Below are positions 35,845-43,985 of a stretch of DNA of 62,896 nt, in pieces (positions within the stretch are counted from its first letter, which is position 1; each line of letters starts with the position of its first letter). The translations under genes were made by a program, and so were the position numbers. Origin of the DNA: Candidatus Binatia bacterium (GTDB lineage Bacteria > Desulfobacterota > Binatia > UTPRO1); assembly GCA_041488235.1 (NCBI GenBank), contig JBGPOW010000002.1, positions 1 to 62,896 of the forward strand, read 5' to 3'. A model generated the notes under the pieces. That model searched no databases. It saw only the letters and a program-made list of their open reading frames with translations, and was not told where the DNA came from.

Positions 35845-35861
35845 TCTGCAAGACGCGGGGT
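35845..35861 (+). repeat. 17-nt direct repeat, copy 2 (TCTGCAAGACGCGGGGT)
   Basis: Identical to 35755-35771. Lies about 23 nt downstream of the candidate -10 element. Confidence 0.8.
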
Positions 35862-35907
35862 CGTCCGCAGAGCTGCAAAGTCGATCCAGACTGGCGCAAC
35901 GGCACGA

Positions 35908-36639
35908 ATGACCGCCCACCGCGAACGACCGCCGAAGCTCGCCGACCCGGCCATCGCGGTGGCCGCTCCAGCGGAGGAATCGGCCGAGCACGGCAGCCTC
36001 GTCGTCGTGCAGGAGCGCGTGCTCGCCGAGATCTCGCACGAGCTCGGCAACTTCTTTCACAAGCTCTACTACTGGTCGGACTACATCAAGAGCGACAGCG
36101 ATGCGGCACGCAAGGCGGATTCCACTGCCGGTCACATGCTGGAGCGGACGATCAGCAACCTCGAGGATTTCCTCAAGGTCGCCCTCGAGTACTTCTACCC
36201 GATCCGGTTGAATTTCACGAAGATCGCCGTCGGCGAGCTGCTCGACGGCTTCATGACGCACCTGAGCGCGCACTTGAACGGCAACGAGGTGCGCGTCTTC
36301 CGCGACGAGATCGGCGAGCCGGCGACCATCCTCATCGATCCGGCGCGGATCTCGCAGGCCTTTCGGATTGCGCTGCACCAAGTGCACGAGGATCTGAAAT
36401 CCGGCGGCGCGCTGACGGTCAGCCTCAGGAAAGGCACGCGACGCGATTTTCCGGGACTCGAGATGCGGCTCGACGTCGAGCCGAAGGTCCCGCCCTCGCC
36501 GCTCTTCCGCACGGCGGAGGCGGGTGTGGAATGGGCGGTCGCCCGCAAGCTCATCGAGATGCACGGTGGCGAGATCGTGGAACGCTGTGATGCGAGCGGC
36601 AAGAAGACGGTGCTGATCTTCCTGCCGCTGTACGTCTAG
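35908..36639 (+). CDS. soluble histidine kinase without recognisable sensor or TM domain
   Basis: 243 aa. H-box LAEISHELGNFFHKL, then a degenerate HATPase region ending KLIEMHGGEIV. Sits directly upstream of the sigma54 activator. Confidence 0.75.
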   Translation: MTAHRERPPKLADPAIAVAAPAEESAEHGSLVVVQERVLAEISHELGNFFHKLYYWSDYIKSDSDAARKADSTAGHMLERTISNLEDFLKVALEYFYPIRLNFTKIAVGELLDGFMTHLSAHLNGNEVRVFRDEIGEPATILIDPARISQAFRIALHQVHEDLKSGGALTVSLRKGTRRDFPGLEMRLDVEPKVPPSPLFRTAEAGVEWAVARKLIEMHGGEIVERCDASGKKTVLIFLPLYV

Positions 36640-36641
36640 GA

Positions 36642-38063
36642 GTGGACATGGACACGAGAATCTTGATCGTCGACGATGATCCCCTGATCTGCCGCCAGCT
36701 CGAGGATCTCTACACTTCGCAGCAGTACCTGGTGAGCAGCGCCGGCAACGCCTCGGAGGCGCTGCGCCTGCTCGGCGAACACGACTTCTCGCTCGCCGTC
36801 GTCGACCTGCGCATTCCCGGCACCGACGGCATCGGCCTCACGCGCGAGATCCGCGAGCACTGGCCCGATCTCGACGTGATCATGATCACCGGCTACGCCA
36901 GCATCAAAGGCGCGGTCGAGGCGATCAAACAGGGCGCGAGCGACTACATCACGAAGCCCTTCCAGAAGGAGGAGATCCTCCTCGCCACGGAGAAGGTCCT
37001 CGAGAAGCGCCGCCTCCTCGACGAAATCAACTACCTCCGCAACCAGCTCTCGAACCGCTACTCGTTCGCGAACATCGTCAGCCGCAACCGCGTCATGCAC
37101 GAGATCTTCGAGACGATCGAGGTCCTCGCGCAGAACGACGCGACGGTCCTCATCACCGGTGAGTCCGGGACCGGCAAGGAGCTCGTCGCCCGCGCCATCC
37201 ACTACCAGGGCAAGCGGAAGTCCGGCCGATTCGTCGCGATCAACTGCGCCGCCTTCCCCGACACGCTCCTCGAAAGCGAGCTCTTCGGGTACGAACGCGG
37301 TGCGTTCACCGGCGCGGTGCACGACCGCGTCGGCAAGATCGAGCTCTCGAGCGGCGGTACGTTGTTCCTCGATGAAATCGAGAGCATCACGCTCAACATG
37401 CAGCTGAAGCTCTTGCGCGTGCTCGAAGAGCGCGAGGTCGAGCGCCTCGGCGGCAATCGCAAGGTGAAGGTCAACATGCGCGTGATCGCGGCGACGAACG
37501 TCGAGCTGGGCGAGCTCGTCGCCGACGGCCGGATGCGCGAGGACTTCTTCTACCGGGTCAACGTCGTGCCGGTGAAGATTCCGCCGCTTCGCGATCGCAT
37601 CGAGGACATCCCGCTCCTCGTGTGTGAGTTCCTGCGGAACAGCGAGATGGCCCGCGAGCGCGGCATCACCCGTGTGTCCAACAAGGCGCTCTCGGAGCTC
37701 ATGGGCTTCACCTGGCCCGGCAACGTGCGCGAGCTCGGCAACGTCCTCGAGCGCGCCATTCTGCGCACGACCGGCCCGGTCATCCGCGAGGTCGATCTCC
37801 CCGGCGCCGGCAAACGCAAGGACCTCGAGTCCATCCGCCGAACGTACGACTACGAGGTGCCCCTGAAGGAGTACTTGCGCCGAGCCGAGAAAGATTATTT
37901 GAGTCACGTTCTCAAGAAGAACCGTGGGAGCATCAATCTCAGCGCCAAGCACGCGCTCGTCGATGCGGCGACGCTGCATCGAAAGATGAAGCTCCATGGT
38001 CTCGCGCGCGAAGACTTCCGGGGCCGCGGCCGAAGCGAACCCGATCAAGCGCTCGTCGGCTGA
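36642..38063 (+). CDS. sigma54-dependent response regulator (NtrC family: REC + AAA+ + HTH)
   Basis: REC (ILIVDDD...VVDLRIPGTDG), Walker A GESGTGKE, the sigma54-contact loop GAFTGA, Walker B LFLDEI, and a C-terminal HTH. The start is GTG 36642 or ATG 36648, with SD TAGGAG just upstream. Confidence 0.93.
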   Translation: MDMDTRILIVDDDPLICRQLEDLYTSQQYLVSSAGNASEALRLLGEHDFSLAVVDLRIPGTDGIGLTREIREHWPDLDVIMITGYASIKGAVEAIKQGASDYITKPFQKEEILLATEKVLEKRRLLDEINYLRNQLSNRYSFANIVSRNRVMHEIFETIEVLAQNDATVLITGESGTGKELVARAIHYQGKRKSGRFVAINCAAFPDTLLESELFGYERGAFTGAVHDRVGKIELSSGGTLFLDEIESITLNMQLKLLRVLEEREVERLGGNRKVKVNMRVIAATNVELGELVADGRMREDFFYRVNVVPVKIPPLRDRIEDIPLLVCEFLRNSEMARERGITRVSNKALSELMGFTWPGNVRELGNVLERAILRTTGPVIREVDLPGAGKRKDLESIRRTYDYEVPLKEYLRRAEKDYLSHVLKKNRGSINLSAKHALVDAATLHRKMKLHGLAREDFRGRGRSEPDQALVG

Positions 38064-38120
38064 CGCCGCGCTGCTTTCAGTCGACGGTCGTGCGAGTAAC
38101 GCGCGGCGTAGCCGCGCGGA

Positions 38121-38196
38121 GGAGCACCCGGGATTCACTCCCGGGTGCGACGCCCATCGGAGCATCGGCCGCGTAGCGGCCGAGCGCACGGGGGCG
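38121..38196 (+). repeat. double-hairpin element, copy B (partner at 23592-23668)
   Basis: Same architecture as copy A: stems 38124-38133/38139-38148 and 38165-38172/38176-38183. Loop TTCAC, the 16-nt linker and the 13-nt tail are identical, and the stems differ by compensatory changes. Ends 2 nt before ATG 38199. Confidence 0.75.
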
Positions 38197-38198
38197 AA

Positions 38199-39881
38199 AT
38201 GTATTTAACCTTCTTCGGGTTTCGTGAGAAGCCGTTCAATCTCACCCCCGATCCGAAATTTCTGTACCTGAACGCGAGCTACCGCGAGGCGCTCGCGTCG
38301 CTGCGCTACGGTATCAACGAGCGCAAAGGATTCGTCTCGCTGATCGGCGAGGCGGGTACTGGGAAGACGACGCTGCTGCGGCGATTGCTCGCCGAGCTCG
38401 GAGCGGAGATCCGCAGCGTTCTGATCCTCAATCCCGCCGTCGGGTTCGACGAGCTCCTGGCGTTCATTCTGACCGATCTCGGCCACGTTTCGGAGCCGGG
38501 CACGCCGAAGCTGCAATTGCTGCAAGCCCTCAACGCCGAGCTGCTCGATACCCTCGCGCGTGGCGGCAACGTCGTGGTGCTGATCGACGAGGCGCAGGAC
38601 CTCTCGATTCAGGTGCTCGAGGAGCTGCGACTGCTGTCGAACTTGGAAACGGCGAAGGAAAAAATTCTGCAGTTCGTCATCGCGGGGCAGCCGGAGCTGG
38701 ACGAGATGCTGGCGCGGCCAGAGCTGCGTCAGCTGCGGCAGCGCATCGCCGTGCCGGCACGTTTGCGGCCGCTCGGGCGGGGTGAGGTGGCGGCGTACGT
38801 CGCGGCCCGCATCGCGGCGGCCGGAGGCGACGCCCGCGGGCTCTTGACGGCGTCCGCGCTCCGTCAGCTGTACGGTTTCTCCCGCGGCGTCCCGCGCCTG
38901 GTGAACGTCGCGTGTGACAGCGCCCTCGTCACCGCGTACGCCGCCGGCACGCGCCTCGTCGATCGCAAGATCATGCGCGAGGCGATCAAGGATCTGCGCC
39001 GCGGTCCCTATCGGCGATCGATGGCGGCAGCCTGGCGCGTGCGGTTCGCGACGGTGGTGGTTGCCGCGGTGGTGGGCGCCGTCGGCGGCATCGCGGCTTC
39101 GCGGCTCGCCGGTGGGTCGTTGGAACGCTGGCGGACCGCGGCGGCGCCGAGCCCGGCGGTCGAACGACGACTGACGGCCGCAGTGCCGAGCGCGTCTCAG
39201 CAGGAGGTGCGAATGGCGGCGCCGGTGGCGTCAGCGGTGCCGATGCGTTCGGCGGAGCCCGAGCTCGTCGCGGCGGTGCCGGCGCCACCCGCGGCGACGC
39301 CGGCTGTGACGCAAAACGCCGCAGACGCGCGCAGCGCCGGCGATGTCGTGCAGCCGCCGCCGGAAAGCCGGACGTCGCCGGCGCCCGCGCAGGTCGCGGA
39401 AGCAACGGCCGGCGTCGCGCCAGTCGCTGCGACGGTGTCGCTCACGCCGATTCCCGCGCCGGCGGCGGCGTCAGTGAACGAAGCCAGCGGCACGCCTGCC
39501 ACGTCCGCGGCCCCGCGGCGCATGTCACAACCTGTGCGCGTACCGCGGCCGAAGCCGTCCCCGCACGCCGCCCGTCCATCGCGCACCCGTGAGCCCCAGG
39601 TCGCCGACGACGAGGCGACGACGGCCGCAGAACCCGCTGTCGTGGACGAGAAGCACCATGTCCTCATTCGCGAGGGAGACGACCTGTCACACATTCTTCG
39701 CCGCGTGTACGGGTATGTGGACGACGAGCTGCTCGACGCGATCCAACGCGCGAATGCGGACACGCTCGTCGATCGCAACCGGTTGACGCCCGGTGACACG
39801 CTCTTCGTTCCACCGGATCCGTTTCTCGCGAACGAGCCGATGCCGGGGCCGACGTCGGACGGGAGTGGCGCAGCGCCGTGA
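38199..39881 (+). CDS. ExeA-like AAA+ ATPase - TM segment - Pro/Ala-rich linker - LysM domain protein
   Basis: N-terminal FGFREKPFNLTPDPKFLY, Walker A GEAGTGKTT, Walker B VVVLIDEAQ, a TM helix (FATVVVAAVVGAVGGIAA), a ~170-aa Ala/Pro-rich tract, and a C-terminal LysM-like HVLIREGDDLSHILRRVYG...LTPGDTLFVP. Confidence 0.85.
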   Translation: MYLTFFGFREKPFNLTPDPKFLYLNASYREALASLRYGINERKGFVSLIGEAGTGKTTLLRRLLAELGAEIRSVLILNPAVGFDELLAFILTDLGHVSEPGTPKLQLLQALNAELLDTLARGGNVVVLIDEAQDLSIQVLEELRLLSNLETAKEKILQFVIAGQPELDEMLARPELRQLRQRIAVPARLRPLGRGEVAAYVAARIAAAGGDARGLLTASALRQLYGFSRGVPRLVNVACDSALVTAYAAGTRLVDRKIMREAIKDLRRGPYRRSMAAAWRVRFATVVVAAVVGAVGGIAASRLAGGSLERWRTAAAPSPAVERRLTAAVPSASQQEVRMAAPVASAVPMRSAEPELVAAVPAPPAATPAVTQNAADARSAGDVVQPPPESRTSPAPAQVAEATAGVAPVAATVSLTPIPAPAAASVNEASGTPATSAAPRRMSQPVRVPRPKPSPHAARPSRTREPQVADDEATTAAEPAVVDEKHHVLIREGDDLSHILRRVYGYVDDELLDAIQRANADTLVDRNRLTPGDTLFVPPDPFLANEPMPGPTSDGSGAAP

Positions 39882-40150
39882 GTGCGCGGCGGGTCGAGCG
39901 CCCGGGGTCACGTCGAGTGGCATGGCGGTCGACGTGTGGGGCGCGCCGTTAAGCGCTTGGCGGGACTCAGCTTCCGGAGCGCCGATCGGCGCGATCGGGT
40001 GACCAGCCTGCACGATGCCGCACAAACGCAATTGTCGGGGGCTTTCGGCTGCCCGAAAAGCTACCCGGTATGGCGCTATGCGGCCTTGCACGTCCTGGCT
40101 AGGTCCTTGAGAGCGGAGGGGAAAGTGGGGTCGGAACGGCGCTGAAAAAG

Positions 40151-40164
40151 CTGAAAGGTTTCAG
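40151..40164 (+). promoter_or_regulatory. 14-bp perfect palindrome CTGAAAGGTTTCAG just upstream of the second sigma54 promoter
   Basis: Read directly from the sequence. Its centre lies about 26 nt upstream of the -24 GG. Confidence 0.4.
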
Positions 40165-40181
40165 GCTTCTCGGGCGCTCCA

Positions 40182-40196
40182 TGGCATTGAACTTGC
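40182..40196 (+). promoter_or_regulatory. sigma54 (-24/-12) promoter
   Basis: TGGCAT-tgaac-TTGCT has correct GG-N10-GC spacing. It lies 19 nt upstream of ATG 40215, at the end of a 333-bp intergenic region. Confidence 0.7.
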
Positions 40197-40214
40197 TGCC
40201 ATCGACCCCTGCCG

Positions 40215-40724
40215 ATGCCCGCCGAAAGCACCCATCAGCGTGAGTGGTTCGTCGTTCGGAGCAAGCCTCGAAAAGAGGATTGCGCCGTTCGTCATCTCAC
40301 CCGCCGCGGCATCGAGGTCTTTTTCCCGCGCATCCTCGAGCCCGTAGGGTTCGGGAACGCCTGGGCCACCGTTCCGCTCTTTCCAGGGTACCTGTTCGTC
40401 GAGATCGCGTTGCACCGCGACTTCCACCAGGTCGTCTGGACGCCCGGCGTGAAGGCGTTCGTGGCGTTCGGAGAAATTCCGACGGCGATTCAGCCCGCGG
40501 TCGTCCATTTTCTCCGGGAACAGGGCGGGGCCGAGGGCGTGATTCGACCGACACAGCGTTTTCACGCAGGCGATCGCGTACGAATCAAGCGCGGTCCGTT
40601 CGCGGGATTGATTGGAATCATCGAGAAGCCGTGTCCGGAACGAGGGCGGATCCGCGTTCTCATGGATTTTCTCCGCCAGGGTACGACGGTCGACGTTCCG
40701 GTGGCGGCGATTGGTTTGATGTGA
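40215..40724 (+). CDS. NusG-family paralog (RfaH/UpxY-like operon-specific antiterminator)
   Basis: NGN-like N-terminus (WFVVRSKPRKE...LFPGYLFV) and KOW motif (GDRVRIKRGPFAGLIGII). It is the first gene of the polysaccharide operon. Confidence 0.85.
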   Translation: MPAESTHQREWFVVRSKPRKEDCAVRHLTRRGIEVFFPRILEPVGFGNAWATVPLFPGYLFVEIALHRDFHQVVWTPGVKAFVAFGEIPTAIQPAVVHFLREQGGAEGVIRPTQRFHAGDRVRIKRGPFAGLIGIIEKPCPERGRIRVLMDFLRQGTTVDVPVAAIGLM

Positions 40725-40862
40725 CGACGCCGATCGTCTTCGCCGCCGCTCGGGCTTCAGCCGGTGGCGACGAGAAGGTCGGTTGAGCAGATAAATCAGA
40801 AGCTTGGACAAAAACGAATGGCGGAGCTGCATCGGCGACTCCGTCCTGGTGGAGAGCACGCA

Positions 40863-41597
40863 ATGAGAACGCATCGAGCGCATACGGAACGCTGGTCGGT
40901 CGGTTGCCTGGTGGTGACCCTCGTCCTCGGCGTCGCGGCATGCACCGAGGTCGGTCGCAATCTTCCGCCTCCCGAGGCGACGTACGCTCTTACCCGCGGT
41001 CCAGTCGCGCGCGACGCGTACCGGCTGCAGCCGGGCGATAGGCTCAACATCAAGTTTCCGTACCACGGCAGGCACAATCAGGAGCTTCCGGTTCGCCCCG
41101 ACGGCAAGATCAGCCTCGAGCCGACGGGCGAGATCCTCGCCGAAGGGCTGACGCCGCTCGAGCTCGAGGATCTGATCAAGGAGAAATCCTCGCGCGTGCT
41201 GCGGAACCCGGAGGTCGTCGTCATCGTGACGCAGATCGGCGATCGCCGCGCGTTCGTCGGTGGCGAGGTCGGGCGACCCGGGTTCGTGGCGCTCCAGGAG
41301 GGGATGACCCCGCTCCAGGCCGTGATGGCCGCGGGCGGCTTCAAGGACACCGCGCGCAAAGACAGCGTGCTCTACATCGCGCGTGGCGCGAACGGCGCCT
41401 ACCAGGCGAGCCGGGTCGACCTCGACGCGGTGGTCCGTGATGGCGCGCCGGAGAGCGTTCGTCTGAACGGCAACGACGTCGTGTACGTTCCGGCGACGCG
41501 CATCGCGAACGCCGACACCTTCGTGGAGCAGTACATCCGCAAATTGTTGCCCGTCGACTCGCGCGCTGGTGCGACTGCCGCCATGCCGATTCCGTGA
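40863..41597 (+). CDS. polysaccharide export lipoprotein (Wza-like: Poly_export + SLBB)
   Basis: Lipobox LVLGVAAC, YRLQPGDRLNIKF, then GEVGRPGFVAL and TPLQAVMAAGG (SLBB). Confidence 0.85.
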   Translation: MRTHRAHTERWSVGCLVVTLVLGVAACTEVGRNLPPPEATYALTRGPVARDAYRLQPGDRLNIKFPYHGRHNQELPVRPDGKISLEPTGEILAEGLTPLELEDLIKEKSSRVLRNPEVVVIVTQIGDRRAFVGGEVGRPGFVALQEGMTPLQAVMAAGGFKDTARKDSVLYIARGANGAYQASRVDLDAVVRDGAPESVRLNGNDVVYVPATRIANADTFVEQYIRKLLPVDSRAGATAAMPIP

Positions 41598-41619
41598 CGC
41601 CCGAAGCCGAGGAGGATTC

Positions 41620-43170
41620 GTGAACCCAGAGATCGTCAGGCCGGGCAACGGTGGAGGAAGCGGGGCGCCGGTCCCGTTCTACATGGACCCTCCCGCGCAC
41701 TCGGAGAGCGCCATCAGCGCCAAGCTGGTGACGTACGCGGTCTTCAAGCGGAAGTGGCAAGTGCTCGCCATCCTCGCCGTCGTGGTGTTGTCGATCATAA
41801 TCTCGGGAGTGCTCCGACCCAAGCTCTTCAAGACCGTGGCCAAGGTGATGCTGCGGCCGAGCCGCGCCGAGGTGCAGGTGAGCGCCGGCGACCAGCGCGA
41901 GATCACGCTCCCCGTCGCGGCCAGCACGGAAATGATCAACTCCGAGATGGAGATCCTCCGCAGCCAGGAGCTCATGCGGCGGGCCATCGCGCGGATGAAG
42001 GACAAGGGCACGCCGATCTTCGGCGCCGACGCGACCATGAGCGAGGAGGAGCAGATCACGGCGTTGCAGGGCATGTTGGTCGTCACTCCGGCACCGCAGT
42101 CGAACGTCATCGAGATCGACCTCCTCTCGCGCAACCCGGTGAAGGGCCGCGAGATCGTGAACGCGATCACCGACGCGTACCTGGCGCGCCACGCCGAGCT
42201 TCACGGGAATGGCGGCGCGGTCGACTTCTTCGAGGCGCAGAAGCAGACGCTGCGCGACCGGGTTGCGGACGCCGAGGCGCGGCTCGCGGCGTTCGTCGAC
42301 CGTGAAGGGCTCGTCCTACCGGAGGATCAGATCCGCTCCGTGCTGAAGGACGCGACCCGTGGCGCCGACACGGTCAGCCTGCAAATGGCGAAGATTCGCG
42401 GACTCGAGCAGCGCATCCAGACGTTGCACCAGCAGCTCGCGAGTACGCCCGACATCGTGAAGAGTCAGGTCGAGCTGATCAATCCCACGACGCAGAGCCT
42501 CGCGCTCGAGCTCTCGAAGAAGGAGACGGAGCGGGCGGGGTTGCTGCAGAACTACACCGAGGAGGATCGCACGGTCGCCAACCTCACGGCCGAGATCGGC
42601 ATGATCAAATCGCAGTTGTCGAGCGAGCAGGGGAACGCGATCCAGGGCAGCAGCCGCACCGTCCTGAACCCGATTCATCAGGACCTCCAGCGCCGTCTCC
42701 TCAATTCGCAGATGAATCTCGAGGACCTGCGCGCGCGCGTCGCCGGCATGTCCGAGAAGCTCGACAACGCCGCCGCCGAGTCGACGAAGAAGGCGATCGG
42801 CATGCGCCAGAAGACGATCCAGCTCAGCCGATTGCAGCAAGAAGTCTCGGCGGCGCGCGACGCCTTTCAGCTCTACGAGAAGAAGCAGGAGGAGGCACGG
42901 ATCTCCGAGGCGCTCGACACCGAGCGCTTCCTGAACGTGAGCGTCCTCGAGGGCGCGACCTTGCCGAGCGAGCCGTACAACAAGATGAACCCCTTGGTCG
43001 TTCTCGCGGCGCTCATCGTCGGGACGGGACTCGGCGTCGGCGCGGCGATCGGACTCGAGTTCCTCGGCCGCAACTTCAAGTTCGAGGAGCAGGTCGAACA
43101 GTATCTCGAGCTGCCCGTGTTCGCCGTGATTCCGGACATGACCGACGTCGCCGAGGTGCAACGCACGTGA
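41620..43170 (+). CDS. polysaccharide chain-length determinant (Wzz/GumC/PCP family)
   Basis: SD GAGGAGGA precedes GTG 41620. N-terminal TM after FKRKWQVL, a long periplasmic coiled coil, and a C-terminal TM (LVVLAALIVGTGLGVGAAIGLEFL). Confidence 0.85.
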   Translation: MNPEIVRPGNGGGSGAPVPFYMDPPAHSESAISAKLVTYAVFKRKWQVLAILAVVVLSIIISGVLRPKLFKTVAKVMLRPSRAEVQVSAGDQREITLPVAASTEMINSEMEILRSQELMRRAIARMKDKGTPIFGADATMSEEEQITALQGMLVVTPAPQSNVIEIDLLSRNPVKGREIVNAITDAYLARHAELHGNGGAVDFFEAQKQTLRDRVADAEARLAAFVDREGLVLPEDQIRSVLKDATRGADTVSLQMAKIRGLEQRIQTLHQQLASTPDIVKSQVELINPTTQSLALELSKKETERAGLLQNYTEEDRTVANLTAEIGMIKSQLSSEQGNAIQGSSRTVLNPIHQDLQRRLLNSQMNLEDLRARVAGMSEKLDNAAAESTKKAIGMRQKTIQLSRLQQEVSAARDAFQLYEKKQEEARISEALDTERFLNVSVLEGATLPSEPYNKMNPLVVLAALIVGTGLGVGAAIGLEFLGRNFKFEEQVEQYLELPVFAVIPDMTDVAEVQRT

Positions 43171-43177
43171 GGGACGC

Positions 43178-43978
43178 ATGAGCAAGATCTACGAGGCGCT
43201 GCAGAAAGCGCAGGAGGAGCGCGAGGGCGTTCCGCCGCTCGAGACCGAGCGGCGGCGTCGGCGTGCGTGGTTCCGTTCGCGCCGCGCCGCCAACGGGACG
43301 AACGGCCACCGCGAGTCCAGGTCGTTGCGCATCGACTTCGACCTGGCGCCGGATGTCGAGGAGGCGTACCAGCGCCTCGGAACCAATCTCCTCTCGCCGT
43401 CCAAGGACCCGACCGTGCTGCGTGATTTGATGGTCGTCGCGTCGGTTCACGGCGAGGGCACGACGACGACGGCCGCGCTCTACGCGTCGACGCTCGCGAA
43501 GCGCAAGAAGCTCGACGTGTTGCTGATCGAGGCGAACTTCCGCACCCCCGCCCTCGAGCAGGTCTTCCCGATCCGCCGCAACGGCGGCTTCGCCGAGCTC
43601 ATCGCCGGGACGCAGGATCTCGACACGGTCGTGCAGGCGACACCGCAGCAGAACTTGTTCGTGATCACCAGCGGCCATTACGAGACGTCGCCCTCGAACG
43701 TCCTCGAAGCGCCGCGGATGTCGGAAGTTCTCGCCCAGTTGCACGAGCGGTTCCAGTTCGTCGTCTTCGACTCGGCGCCCGTCAACGTCTACACCGACGC
43801 GCAGATCCTCGGCCCGCGCCTCGACGCGACGGTCGTCGTCGTCGAGGCCGATCGCACCCGCATCGAGGAGGTGCAGCGCGCGAAGCGGCAGCTCGAGCGC
43901 TCGGGCGCGAAGATGCTCGGCGTGCTCCTCAATCGGCAAAAGAGCTACGTGCCCTCGTTCCTCGAAGGCCTGATCTGA
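43178..43978 (+). CDS. BY-kinase-like (CpsD/CapB/EpsG-type) P-loop protein with degenerate Walker A and A'
   Basis: N-terminal MSKIYEALQKAQ. The Walker A position reads HGEGTTTT (no Lys) and Walker A' reads LLIEANFRTP (Asp to Glu/Asn). Walker B FVVFDSAP is retained. No C-terminal Tyr cluster. Confidence 0.8.
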   Translation: MSKIYEALQKAQEEREGVPPLETERRRRRAWFRSRRAANGTNGHRESRSLRIDFDLAPDVEEAYQRLGTNLLSPSKDPTVLRDLMVVASVHGEGTTTTAALYASTLAKRKKLDVLLIEANFRTPALEQVFPIRRNGGFAELIAGTQDLDTVVQATPQQNLFVITSGHYETSPSNVLEAPRMSEVLAQLHERFQFVVFDSAPVNVYTDAQILGPRLDATVVVVEADRTRIEEVQRAKRQLERSGAKMLGVLLNRQKSYVPSFLEGLI

Positions 43979-43985
43979 TCCTGCG

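Noticed and set aside
35755-35861. Direct repeats considered as a possible minimal CRISPR-like array
   Set aside because: There are only two copies, 17 nt long with a 73-nt spacer, no cas genes, and they lie in a promoter region. This is not a CRISPR array.
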